Below, in pieces: positions 1 to 7,628 of a DNA stretch of 51,123 nt (position 1 is its first letter; every line of letters starts with the position of its first letter). The notes under the pieces are model-generated. The model was not told where the DNA came from. It saw nothing but the letters and a program-made list of their open reading frames with translations, and did no database searches. The stretch spans positions 1 to 51,123 of the forward strand of contig JAAXTX010000005.1 of NCBI GenBank assembly GCA_013336285.1, in the 5' to 3' direction. This stretch comes from Candidatus Moraniibacteriota bacterium. GTDB lineage: Bacteria; Patescibacteriota; Minisyncoccia; Moranbacterales; UBA1568. The position numbers were made by a program, and so were the translations under genes.

Positions 1-127
1 ACTCATGAAACGAGGGATTCGCCCCGCCTGCGCGGGGCGCCCGGCGGATGCCGGGCGAACCCTAAACCCGAAGGCCGAAGCCGGCAGATTTACAGTCTGC
101 TCCATTTGACCGCTCTGGCACCTACCC
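1..127 (-). tRNA. tRNA-Tyr(GTA)-like gene. The 5' two-thirds are canonical; the 3' part is aberrant or runs off the window.
   Basis: Minus strand from 127 reads GGGTAGG-TG-CCAGAGCGGTCAAATGG-AGCAGACTGTAAATCTGC-CGGCTTCGGCCTTCG. That gives the acceptor 5' strand, D arm, anticodon arm (GTA; plus-strand tac at 91-93) and a class-II long variable arm, very like bacterial tRNA-Tyr. No CCTACCC 3' acceptor strand and no normal T arm occur in 1-68; GC-rich hairpins sit there instead. Confidence 0.45.
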
Positions 128-154
128 ATTTTTTCCTATCACCTCACCCGCCTG

Positions 155-227
155 AGCCGAAGGCCGGACTCGAACCGGCGACCGACGGTTTACAAAACCG
201 TTGCTCTACCAACTGAGCTACTTCGGC
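155..227 (-). tRNA. tRNA-Thr (anticodon TGT)
   Basis: The minus strand folds as a cloverleaf: acceptor GCCGAAG/CTTCGGC, D arm TAGCTCAGTTGGTAGAGCA, anticodon arm ACGGT-TTTGTAA-ACCGT, T arm GCCGG-TTCGAGT-CCGGC, discriminator T. CCA is not encoded. Confidence 0.92.
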
Positions 228-260
228 AGCCATCGGTCCCGACACCCACGCCTCAGTATA

Positions 261-1121
261 CTATGATTCACGTCCCTCGAAAAATTTTTCCAGTCTCCGT
301 ATCTTGATCTTCACGGCACGATTCGTCGGATGAAGCTTCAGCGCCTGGCGGTAGCACTCCTTGGCGTCCTGCATCGAACGACTCGCGAAGTACCAGTCGC
401 CAAGTTCCTCGTACGCGGACGAATCACGAGGATTCTCCACGATACGGGAAAGAAGCGCGACTTCGTGAGGATCTTTGCCGCCCCGACCTCGCCCTTCCGG
501 CATAGCATCCGGAGTCACCACCTCTCTCCGAAGCATGGGACGGGGTACCGGCATTTCCTCCTGCGGTTCCACCCCCTCACGGACGCGCTGGGATATGCGA
601 CTCCACGGCCGCGGACGGGCAGATGGAATTACGGGTTCGTCCGACTGCGTCACGACCGGCGTTTCTACCGCGGTATATTCGGATTGTTCTTTCAGCGCGC
701 TTTCAGTCACCTTCGGCCGGAGTGACGACAGGAAACGCGGTTTCTTCTGAACGGCACTCTCCGTATTCTCCGGGATGATCGCCGTCTCCTTCGGCTCCTC
801 CTTAATCTTGTCATCATCGATGTGCCGTCGGATGGCATCGATCTCATTTCTCCTCTTCCTCAGTCGTTCCAATGAATGTTGGAAAAAATTGTGAATCCGA
901 AGCGTTCCGGTCTTAAACCGGGATGCGGCCTTCTCGAGCATCTTCAGGAAAAAAGCCTTTCGATGTAAGGATCGGGAGTGCGACTCCGACATGGCCTCCG
1001 CTTTGGCGATGGAAAGTTTCTTGGATATCTCCTCATCGTTCATCCGACGAGAAAGGTACCAGAGCAGCACTCCGAGCGAGAGGATGACTATGAACGGTGG
1101 GAGTACGAGGTACCACAGCAT
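261..1121 (-). CDS. Hypothetical membrane-anchored protein with a C-terminal TPR-like repeat
   Basis: 286-aa ORF. N-terminal hydrophobic segment LVLPPFIVILSLGVLLWYL, a charged low-complexity middle, and a C-terminal AYEELGDWYF...AKECYRQALKLHP helix pair typical of TPR. Confidence 0.7.
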   Translation of the reverse strand: MLWYLVLPPFIVILSLGVLLWYLSRRMNDEEISKKLSIAKAEAMSESHSRSLHRKAFFLKMLEKAASRFKTGTLRIHNFFQHSLERLRKRRNEIDAIRRHIDDDKIKEEPKETAIIPENTESAVQKKPRFLSSLRPKVTESALKEQSEYTAVETPVVTQSDEPVIPSARPRPWSRISQRVREGVEPQEEMPVPRPMLRREVVTPDAMPEGRGRGGKDPHEVALLSRIVENPRDSSAYEELGDWYFASRSMQDAKECYRQALKLHPTNRAVKIKIRRLEKFFEGRES

Positions 1122-1143
1122 GGCAGCGGCACAAATGTTCGGT

Positions 1144-1728
1144 TTATATCTCGAAGCGGACGAATTCGCCGACCTGGATGTTCTCGCCCATTTTCTGAAC
1201 GGACTCCGTGACGATATCCCGGATGGTCTTCGTGGGATCCTTCACGAACGACTGCGACAAGAGCGCTCCTTCCTCGCGGAACTTCTTCTCTTTTCCGGCG
1301 AGAATCATCTCCATCATCGCTTCCGGTTTCTTTTCCTGGCGGAGCTGCTCGATCCAGATTTCTTTCTCCTTGGCGACCGATGCATCGGAAACGTCTTCCG
1401 GTCTGAGCGCAGCCGGATTCATCGCCGTCACCTGCATCGCTATATCCCGACCGAGCAATTGAAATTCCTCATTACGTGCGACGAAATCCGTCTCGCAATA
1501 CAACTTCACCATAGCACCGATCCTGCCGTTCGAGTGCAGATAGGTCGTGATGACACCTTCCTTCGCCTCTCGATCCGTCTTCTTCACCGCTTTGGCAGCG
1601 CCGCTCTCGCGAAGGATGCGAATCGCCTTCTCCTCATCGCCGCCCGCGGCTTCCAAGGCCTTCTTCACCTCCACGATGCCAGCCCCGGTCTTTTCGCGGA
1701 GCGATTTCACTTGTTCCATCTTCACCAT
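1144..1728 (-). CDS. tsf: Translation elongation factor Ts (short form)
   Basis: N-terminal UBA-like VKSLREKTGAGIVEVKKALEAAGGDEEKAIRILRESG and core ...YLHSNGRIGAMVKL.CETDFVARNEEF. Sits directly downstream of rpsB, the conserved rpsB-tsf order. Confidence 0.95.
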   Translation of the reverse strand: MVKMEQVKSLREKTGAGIVEVKKALEAAGGDEEKAIRILRESGAAKAVKKTDREAKEGVITTYLHSNGRIGAMVKLYCETDFVARNEEFQLLGRDIAMQVTAMNPAALRPEDVSDASVAKEKEIWIEQLRQEKKPEAMMEMILAGKEKKFREEGALLSQSFVKDPTKTIRDIVTESVQKMGENIQVGEFVRFEI

Positions 1729-1759
1729 AACGTTTCGTGTTTCCGATGGTTACATTATC

Positions 1760-2557
1760 CTACTTCGCATTCTTGGCCGCAACGACGGCCTCTTTCGCGT
1801 CAAGCACCGACTTGCCGAGACAGCCGAGCAGGAATCTGAGAGAGGAAAGGGCATCATCGTTACCCGGGATCGGATATTCCACGGACGCGGCATTCGCATT
1901 GGTATCCATGATCGCGACGACCGGGATCCCGATGGCGTGCGCCTCACGAATGGCAAGTTCCGCTTCCTTTCCGTCGGCGACGACGATGGCACCCGGAAGT
2001 TCACGCATGTTCTTGATACCGCCCATACGCTTCTCAAGCCGCTCGACTTCTTCCATCATCTTGAGCCGTTCAAGTTTCGTATACATACCGAACTCGCCGC
2101 GCTCAAGCTTCTCCTCGGTCTCGCGGAGATAGCGCGCGCGTTCACGGATAACCGAGAAATTAGTAATTGTCCCCCCGAGCCACCGATCGATGACATAGGA
2201 CTCACCGAGCCGCTCGGCGAGCGATCTGATGAACTCATGCGTATGCTTCTTCACACCAACGAACAGGATCGGCTTACCGCTTTTCGCCACCTCGGCGAGA
2301 AACTTTTCGGAACGCTCGAGATATTCGCGCGTCTTTTCGAGGTTGATGATATTGACGTTCTTACGCGTCAGATAAACCAACGGACGCATCGAGGGATGCA
2401 ATCTGGACTTCAGATGTCCGAAATGGACTCCGTGCTTGAGCATCGCCTCAAGACTCGTATCGATCGATTCGAAATCGTACCCCGTAAACGAGAGATTCAC
2501 AGGCGTCTTGTCCGCGACAGTCGTGGTCGGCTCCGCTATGGTGTCGGTCTTACTCAT
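1760..2557 (-). CDS. rpsB: 30S ribosomal protein S2
   Basis: Motifs MLKHGVHFGH, PILFVGVKK, RWLGGTITNF, IVVADGKEAELAIREAHAIGIPVVAIMDTN. Start moved to the ATG at 2557, which has a GGAG Shine-Dalgarno (GGAGAAAGAATAT-ATG); the longer ORF to 2728 has an implausible N-terminus. Confidence 0.95.
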   Translation of the reverse strand: MSKTDTIAEPTTTVADKTPVNLSFTGYDFESIDTSLEAMLKHGVHFGHLKSRLHPSMRPLVYLTRKNVNIINLEKTREYLERSEKFLAEVAKSGKPILFVGVKKHTHEFIRSLAERLGESYVIDRWLGGTITNFSVIRERARYLRETEEKLERGEFGMYTKLERLKMMEEVERLEKRMGGIKNMRELPGAIVVADGKEAELAIREAHAIGIPVVAIMDTNANAASVEYPIPGNDDALSSLRFLLGCLGKSVLDAKEAVVAAKNAK

Positions 2558-2842
2558 ATATTCTTTCTCCTTATTGCTTAATCCCCGGAACAAAAAACGC
2601 CGGGGAGGCGCTTTCACCTGCCTTCCGTCCGCACTTCGACCCCGATATCTATCGAGGCAGGAATGAAGCCAGACACGGTTCGAAGGCATGATTGATACCG
2701 TTCTTCCCCTACCAAACGGCAACTCCAAGGGTACCCGATAGCCGGGTACTTGTCAATTTTCAGTATGCATGATAGGCTGCTCACGTTATGGAAAGGCCGT
2801 ATCTTTCCTTTGATTTGAGTCATCAGAATCCGATCAGACATT

Positions 2843-3136
2843 ATGAAGAAGAATATCCATCCGGAATACCACGACGACGCCGTCATATCATGCGCCTGCG
2901 GCGCGAAATACGAGACCGGTTCGACCGTCAAGGCGATCGATATCGAAATCTGTGCCCAGTGCCATCCGTTCTATACAGGCAAGAAAAAATATATCGACAC
3001 CACCGGCCGCGTCGATCGATTCAAGAAACTGACGGAGCGCGCCCTCGCAAAGCAGGAAGCGGTGAAACCGATAAAGAAGTCAGACAAGAACGCCGTCCGA
3101 CGGGAAAAAAAGGCCGAAACGAAGCAGGTCGCGTAG
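2843..3136 (+). CDS. rpmE: 50S ribosomal protein L31 (Zn-ribbon type) with a basic C-terminal tail
   Basis: MKKNIHPEYH...SCACG...CAQCHPFYTGK...GRVDRFKK is the L31 signature. Confidence 0.93.
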   Translation: MKKNIHPEYHDDAVISCACGAKYETGSTVKAIDIEICAQCHPFYTGKKKYIDTTGRVDRFKKLTERALAKQEAVKPIKKSDKNAVRREKKAETKQVA

Positions 3137-3150
3137 TGAGGATTCTCCCA

Positions 3151-3180
3151 GGCGTCCGCCCTTAAGGCGGGCGCCTTTCG
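3151..3180 (+). terminator. Rho-independent terminator after rpmE
   Basis: Hairpin GGCGTCCGCC-cttaa-GGCGGGCGCC (one mismatch) followed by TTTCGTTTCTC. Confidence 0.6.
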
Positions 3181-3243
3181 TTTCTCCCTTTCCGCCATAT
3201 CAGGCATCCCGTATAATAGCAGCAGACAACGCCTCATTATTTT

Positions 3244-4341
3244 ATGGAAGACCTCATCAGGAACATAAGGGAACAGGAGCAGTCGGTCGATGCGGAACTC
3301 TCCGATCCGGAGACAGCAAGGAAACCTGGCAAGCTCGCCGAACTCGGCCGTCGCAAGGCGGAACTTTCCGGTATCCTCGAACAGGCCAAGGCGTTCGAGC
3401 AAGTCGAAAAATCAATGAGGGAAAACGCGGAGATCATGAAGGAATCCGATGATTCCGAGCTCAAATCACTCGCGATGGAGGAAAATATCTCGCTTTCGGT
3501 CCGACGTGACGCTATCGAAAAGGAACTCAAGAGACGTCTTCTCCCGCGGGATCCGAACGACGACAAGGACATCATCGTGGAAATCCGTGCAGGTGCCGGC
3601 GGCGACGAGTCGAGTCTTTTCGCGGCGGAACTTTTCCGGATGTATTCAAGATATGCGGAAACGGTCGGTTGGACACTCTCGATCGTCCATGCGAACCGGA
3701 CCGAGGTGGGAGGATACAAAGAAGTCGTCTTCGAAGTGAATCGCGGACGAAGCGAATCCCCCGTATATCGGAAGCTCAAGTACGAATCCGGTGTCCATCG
3801 CGTCCAACGCATCCCGGAAACGGAAAAGACCGGCCGCGTCCACACATCGACCGCGACTGTCGCCGTCCTGCCGGTCGCCGAGGAAGTCGACCTCGAGATC
3901 AATCCGTCCGACCTACGTATCGATACGTTCTGTTCGTCTGGTCCCGGCGGCCAATCGGTCAATACGACCTATAGCGCCGTCCGTATCACCCATATCCCGA
4001 CGAACACCGTCGTCTCATGCCAGGACGAAAAGTCCCAGATAAAAAACCGGGAACGTGCGATGAAGGTCCTTCGTTCCCGTCTCCTCCAAGTCGAGGAAGA
4101 GCGCCGTGCCAAGGAACTCGGCGACGCGAGACGCTCGCAAATCGGCACCGGCGACCGAAGCGAGAAGATACGCACGTATAACTTCCCACAGGACCGAATC
4201 ACCGATCACCGCATCAAACAATCATGGAGCGGTCTTCCCGGGATCCTCGACGGCGCGCTCGGAGAAATCACTTCGGCACTCGAGGAAGAGGATATCCGAC
4301 AGAAACTCGAACGGGAATCCGAAAATATCGCTTCCGTATGA
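3244..4341 (+). CDS. prfA: Peptide chain release factor 1
   Basis: GGQ motif ([23 protein letters not shown]), PxT-type tripeptide region [14 protein letters not shown], 365 aa. Followed by prmC, as in many bacteria. Confidence 0.93.
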   Translation: MEDLIRNIREQEQSVDAELSDPETARKPGKLAELGRRKAELSGILEQAKAFEQVEKSMRENAEIMKESDDSELKSLAMEENISLSVRRDAIEKELKRRLLPRDPNDDKDIIVEIRAGAGGDESSLFAAELFRMYSRYAETVGWTLSIVHANRTEVGGYKEVVFEVNRGRSESPVYRKLKYESGVHRVQRIPETEKTGRVHTSTATVAVLPVAEEVDLEINPSDLRIDTFCSSGPGGQSVNTTYSAVRITHIPTNTVVSCQDEKSQIKNRERAMKVLRSRLLQVEEERRAKELGDARRSQIGTGDRSEKIRTYNFPQDRITDHRIKQSWSGLPGILDGALGEITSALEEEDIRQKLERESENIASV

Positions 4342-5225
4342 CGCTCCGCGAGCTCGCGCGGGAATTCCGCGACAGTGTCGCGCCTGAGGATTTCGATCTT
4401 CTTGCCGCTTTCGCGCTCGGACAGTCCAAGGAGTTCGTCATGCGTGAGCCCGGGCTCGTTTTGGACGATACTGTCCTTGTTCCCCTTCGTTCCCTGCTCG
4501 ATCGACGCGCGAGGCACGAACCCGTCGCCTATATCGTCGGTGACAAGGAGTTCTACGGACTTCCGTTCTTCGTTACACGCGACACTCTTGTCCCGCGTCC
4601 CGAAACGGAAATTCTCGTGGAAGAGGTGATCACTCGGGTAAAAACGTTGACCGAGCACGACTCAGAAAAGGACATCGTCATCGCCGATATCGGAACGGGA
4701 AGCGGCGCGATTATAATATCGCTCGCCGAGAAGTTGAAAGACACCTTCTCCATCTCTTATCTGGCATCCGACATTTCATCCGCCGCTCTGAACGTGGCGC
4801 GAAGAAACGCCGTACGTCATAATGTCGATGCCCGCATCTCTCTCCTTGAAGGAGATCTCCTCGCACCCATAACGGATACGTCCCGATTCTCTGACTCGGA
4901 TACAATCATCCTGGTCGCGAATCTCCCATATCTTTCCGAAACGATATTCGCTTCCGCACCGGAAGACGTCCGTTCCTATGAGCCGCTTTCCGCGCTTGTC
5001 ACCGACGACGACGGTCTCGCACTCTATCTGGAACTTCTCAACGACCTCGCGCAAAGAAAAAGCAGGGGTGAGATCGGCGCGCCCGTCGTCGGCTATTTCG
5101 AAATCAGCCCGGAGCAATCGGAACGTATCAAGAGAGAATTCGCTTCGCGTTTCCCCGACGGGACATCGGATATCGTCGCCGACCTCTCCGGCCGTCCGCG
5201 CGTCCTCAGCTTTCTCATCAAATAA
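4338..5225 (+). CDS. prmC: Release-factor glutamine N5-methyltransferase (PrmC/HemK family)
   Basis: ATGA start/stop overlap with prfA. SAM-binding [11 protein letters not shown], HemK-like [11 protein letters not shown]. The catalytic tetrapeptide reads NLPY (4920-4931) instead of NPPY. Confidence 0.85.
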   Translation: MTLRELAREFRDSVAPEDFDLLAAFALGQSKEFVMREPGLVLDDTVLVPLRSLLDRRARHEPVAYIVGDKEFYGLPFFVTRDTLVPRPETEILVEEVITRVKTLTEHDSEKDIVIADIGTGSGAIIISLAEKLKDTFSISYLASDISSAALNVARRNAVRHNVDARISLLEGDLLAPITDTSRFSDSDTIILVANLPYLSETIFASAPEDVRSYEPLSALVTDDDGLALYLELLNDLAQRKSRGEIGAPVVGYFEISPEQSERIKREFASRFPDGTSDIVADLSGRPRVLSFLIK

Positions 5226-5279
5226 TAAAAGCCGCCCGAACACGTTGTCCGAGCGGTTCATACCTACTCATTCGATCGT

Positions 5280-6656
5280 TCAGACCTTCCGTACAGGAAA
5301 ATACTCCGCCGACTCCCGCCTGGAAATATCGCGCCCGCAGTATCTGGCCCCTTCGGCGCATTTCCCGGTCCGATAACACGGGGGCTCGAACATACCAAGC
5401 AAAGGACTCTCCGGGTTCCCTGCACCGATCGCTTCGCGAAGTTGGAGATTGTTATTATATATCTCCTGCTGTGCCGAAAAACAGAGACGTTTTTCCTGTT
5501 CATGCAATACGGCGTTGAACGATCCGCTTTTCTCATACGAGACCATCGCGCCGTACGGCGCCATGATCGTTTTAAGCGTAGACGAAACATCCAATTCCAG
5601 CCATCGGGACAAGATGTCTTCCGCTTCTGAATGCAAGCCGAGCTCCTTCATTATCGGCGGAACATAGAAAGACGGCAGGAAAACGGGTTCGCTTCGGCTG
5701 ACGGTCCGATGCCTCTGGTCCTGCCCCATGGTCGCGACCGACAGACCGACTCTCGTCACGATCCGTCCCATGGAATTATTCATCAATTCCGGAAGAAAGT
5801 GCAACCGATCGACCGGGTGCATATCGCGTGTGGCAGGCATGGTGAACAGCTCTTGATGCGCGATGTCGAGCAATGCAAGCGCCGGTTCCTCTAGAAGGCC
5901 GATCGGTCCCTCCGGAATTCGCGGATTCCAATCACGATCCTTCGATCGTCGACGATCAGGATCGAACAGGAACGATGCTTCCGGATACTCCCGAAGCACC
6001 GCGACCCGCATCAGGTCCGTCACACGCCGCATCACCGGATCCCATGCCGATTCCCAAAGCGCTACCAGCGCCGACCCGACGACGGTATACACCAATCCCG
6101 TCGGAAACACGACCGGGATAAGATTTCGCAACTGTTCCTGCGCTATCTTCCGGGCGTTGCCGAGCACTGTCTTTCCCGCGAATTTGCGCTCCTCGCGAAG
6201 CATTATTTCAGCAACGACAGCCGCGCGCTCCAGATTATCGACATAGACGCCGACACTGTGCCGCAGGTATGACATCGCCCGTTCGATCGATCCGGATCTT
6301 TCGTCCGGCCAGAAATACTGAACATACTCCCCGATGCGCTCGAAGTCGGGATTGAGAAACATGTCCGAGCAGAATCTTCCGCTCCGTTGGTCCGAATTAT
6401 AGAACGGACTCACGAGATGCAAGCCGAACGTCACATTACCGACGGCAATACCCTCGACCTGAAACGAGAATAACGAATGTTGCAGTGTCGTATGATGTCC
6501 TGTAGAAAAGAGTTTCTCTTTCACGAACTTGGCAGCCGATGCGTCTTTTCCGGTACCGATATCCGGTATCGCTCCCTGATAACAAGTCTTCGCCGCGTGT
6601 TCGGCTTTCGCGAGCGGATGAACAGCACAACAGTCGATCAATGTTACTTCGATCAT
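5280..6656 (-). CDS. thyX: ThyX-like flavin-dependent thymidylate synthase, long (about double-length) form
   Basis: N-terminal GHHTTLQH (ThyX-like H..EH), NSDQRSGRF, and a second-half QDQRHRTVSRS resembling the RHRxxS ThyX signature. SD GGAGAAG 5 nt before the ATG. At 458 aa it is about twice a canonical ThyX. Confidence 0.6.
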   Translation of the reverse strand: MIEVTLIDCCAVHPLAKAEHAAKTCYQGAIPDIGTGKDASAAKFVKEKLFSTGHHTTLQHSLFSFQVEGIAVGNVTFGLHLVSPFYNSDQRSGRFCSDMFLNPDFERIGEYVQYFWPDERSGSIERAMSYLRHSVGVYVDNLERAAVVAEIMLREERKFAGKTVLGNARKIAQEQLRNLIPVVFPTGLVYTVVGSALVALWESAWDPVMRRVTDLMRVAVLREYPEASFLFDPDRRRSKDRDWNPRIPEGPIGLLEEPALALLDIAHQELFTMPATRDMHPVDRLHFLPELMNNSMGRIVTRVGLSVATMGQDQRHRTVSRSEPVFLPSFYVPPIMKELGLHSEAEDILSRWLELDVSSTLKTIMAPYGAMVSYEKSGSFNAVLHEQEKRLCFSAQQEIYNNNLQLREAIGAGNPESPLLGMFEPPCYRTGKCAEGARYCGRDISRRESAEYFPVRKV

Positions 6657-6707
6657 GATTCTTCTCCGATAGAATTGTTAAATTACCATGTTTCCAAAAG
6701 ACGACCC

Positions 6708-6737
6708 ATCCTAACATCGCGGAAAAAGCGCTGTCAA
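6708..6737 (-). promoter_or_regulatory. Putative sigma70-type promoter of the thyX-like gene
   Basis: Minus strand TTGACA (6737-6732), 18-nt spacer, TAGGAT (6713-6708). Confidence 0.35.
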
Positions 6738-6750
6738 CAAATCCCTTCCA

Positions 6751-6788
6751 CAAGCAGAAAACCCGCCGTTAGGCGGGTTGTCTGCTTG
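6751..6788 (-). terminator. Long hairpin terminator downstream of the 47-aa Lys-rich gene
   Basis: caagcaga-aAACCCGCC-gtta-GGCGGGTT-g-tctgcttg. On the minus strand the inner stem is followed by TTTCTGCTTG. Confidence 0.5.
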
Positions 6789-6808
6789 AAGAGCCAAAAA
6801 GTGAAAGA

Positions 6809-6952
6809 CTACTTTTTCTTGGCGACCTTCTTTACCGCCTTCTTGGCGACCTTCTTTACCGCCTTCTTGGCGACCTTCTTTACCGCCTTCTTGGCGACCT
6901 TCTTTACCGCCTTCTTGGCGACCTTCTTGACGGCCTTTTTCTTTGCTGCCAT
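6809..6952 (-). CDS. Small (47-aa) Lys/Ala/Val tandem-repeat basic protein, histone H1/HC-like putative nucleoid or nucleic-acid binder
   Basis: Too short for the ORF track. Minus strand reads AAAGGAGGTG-aacact-ATG GCA GCA AAG AAA AAG ... TAG and translates to MAAKKKAVKKVA(KKAVKKVA)x4KKK. Strong SD, own promoter and own terminator. Confidence 0.75.
   Translation of the reverse strand: MAAKKKAVKKVAKKAVKKVAKKAVKKVAKKAVKKVAKKAVKKVAKKK
6821..6928. repeat. Perfect 24-bp tandem repeat, 4.5 copies (unit ggcgaccttctttaccgccttctt)
   Basis: Units at 6821, 6845, 6869 and 6893 are identical; a half unit follows at 6917-6928. In frame with the 47-aa CDS (KKAVKKVA per unit). Confidence 0.95.
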
Positions 6953-7076
6953 AGTGTTCACCTCCTTTCGTTATTCCGCCGTTGCGGAGTTTGTTTTGCA
7001 CGATGGATCTGTACGTTCGTACTTCGCCTGTGCGTTTTTTATTTCGCGTGAAGATTTTTTTCCTCAACGCAATTTC

Positions 7077-7104
7077 ATTATACGTTTTTTTTTAAAAAAA
7101 TCAA
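7077..7104 (-). promoter_or_regulatory. Near-consensus sigma70 promoter for the Lys-rich small gene
   Basis: Minus strand TTGATT (7104-7099), 16-nt spacer made of T5 A9 CG, TATAAT (7082-7077). The leader is about 120 nt. Confidence 0.6.
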
Positions 7105-7628
7105 AGAAATAAAATTACTGTCAAGTGTCGAGTGAAATATTTTTTTCAGTATGAGATTTCAATACATGCATGAAGAAAATAATTCATGAAAAAAATAATC
7201 GACAAAGGGCAATCGATCATATCCGTCATCGACGATCCGTATATTTCATAAAACGATTTCGAATTCGTATCGGGATTTTACTTTTTGAAAATTCATCGAT
7301 TCCGATTTCGTCGACGGTCCGATCTATGAATCGAAACCGCAAGATCCTTCGCCGTCCTTTAAGCACCCCCCGGACATCTGCTCCCGCCACTGCCCGAACA
7401 AGTGTCTTTCCGATCAGTATCCCGCGGATTTCGAGACTGATATCGACCATTTTCCCAGTATCAGGCCAAGAAACGGCCATCCTGTAAAGTTGACGCGGTA
7501 CGAGCGGCCTCGTACCATAGGGAAGAGGGGAAATCCTTCTTCGGTGAGAACCGAAGAAGTCGAGGACCAGGCTTCAACGCAAGCGGTTCCTTTCAAAAAT
7601 CATTTATCTAGAAAGGAAGGTGAATCAC

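Noticed and set aside
991-2581. Long antisense ORFs opposite real genes: 991-1839, 1547-2581, 8718-9755, 28596-29807, 36813-37421, 38797-39993, 48393-49697 and similar.
   Set aside because: They are shadow ORFs of well-supported genes (tsf, rpsB, the ATPase, murA, gap, tpiA/galT, leuS). Their composition is Arg/Ser/Pro-rich and non-protein-like, with no SD and no recognisable motifs.
3244-4341. Possible UGA recoding (genetic code 25, as in some CPR lineages), given that only RF1 is seen.
   Set aside because: TGA is used as a genuine stop for prfA, murD, uppP and the GT4 gene at 24392. All conserved genes translate at full length under the standard code. RF2 is presumably encoded outside the window.
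6821-6928. The regular 24-bp repeat array could be mistaken for a CRISPR array.
   Set aside because: The units are directly adjacent with no spacers. They are only 24 bp and 4.5 copies, lie in frame inside a small CDS with an SD and a terminator, and no cas genes are present.
6477-7112. Track ORFs crossing the repeat: 6477-7112 plus (FLATFFTA...) and 6711-7067 minus (GRQEGGKE...).
   Set aside because: Both are wrong frames of the repeat and lack an SD or sensible ends. The 6477 ORF also overlaps the thyX-like gene on the opposite strand. The third frame (6809-6952, minus) has all the expression signals.
7040-7330. An AT-rich stretch roughly 34 kb from parAB considered as a replication origin.
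   Set aside because: I found no TTATCCACA-type DnaA boxes and no dnaA/dnaN nearby. The AT-rich part is explained by a strong promoter and divergent regulatory DNA.
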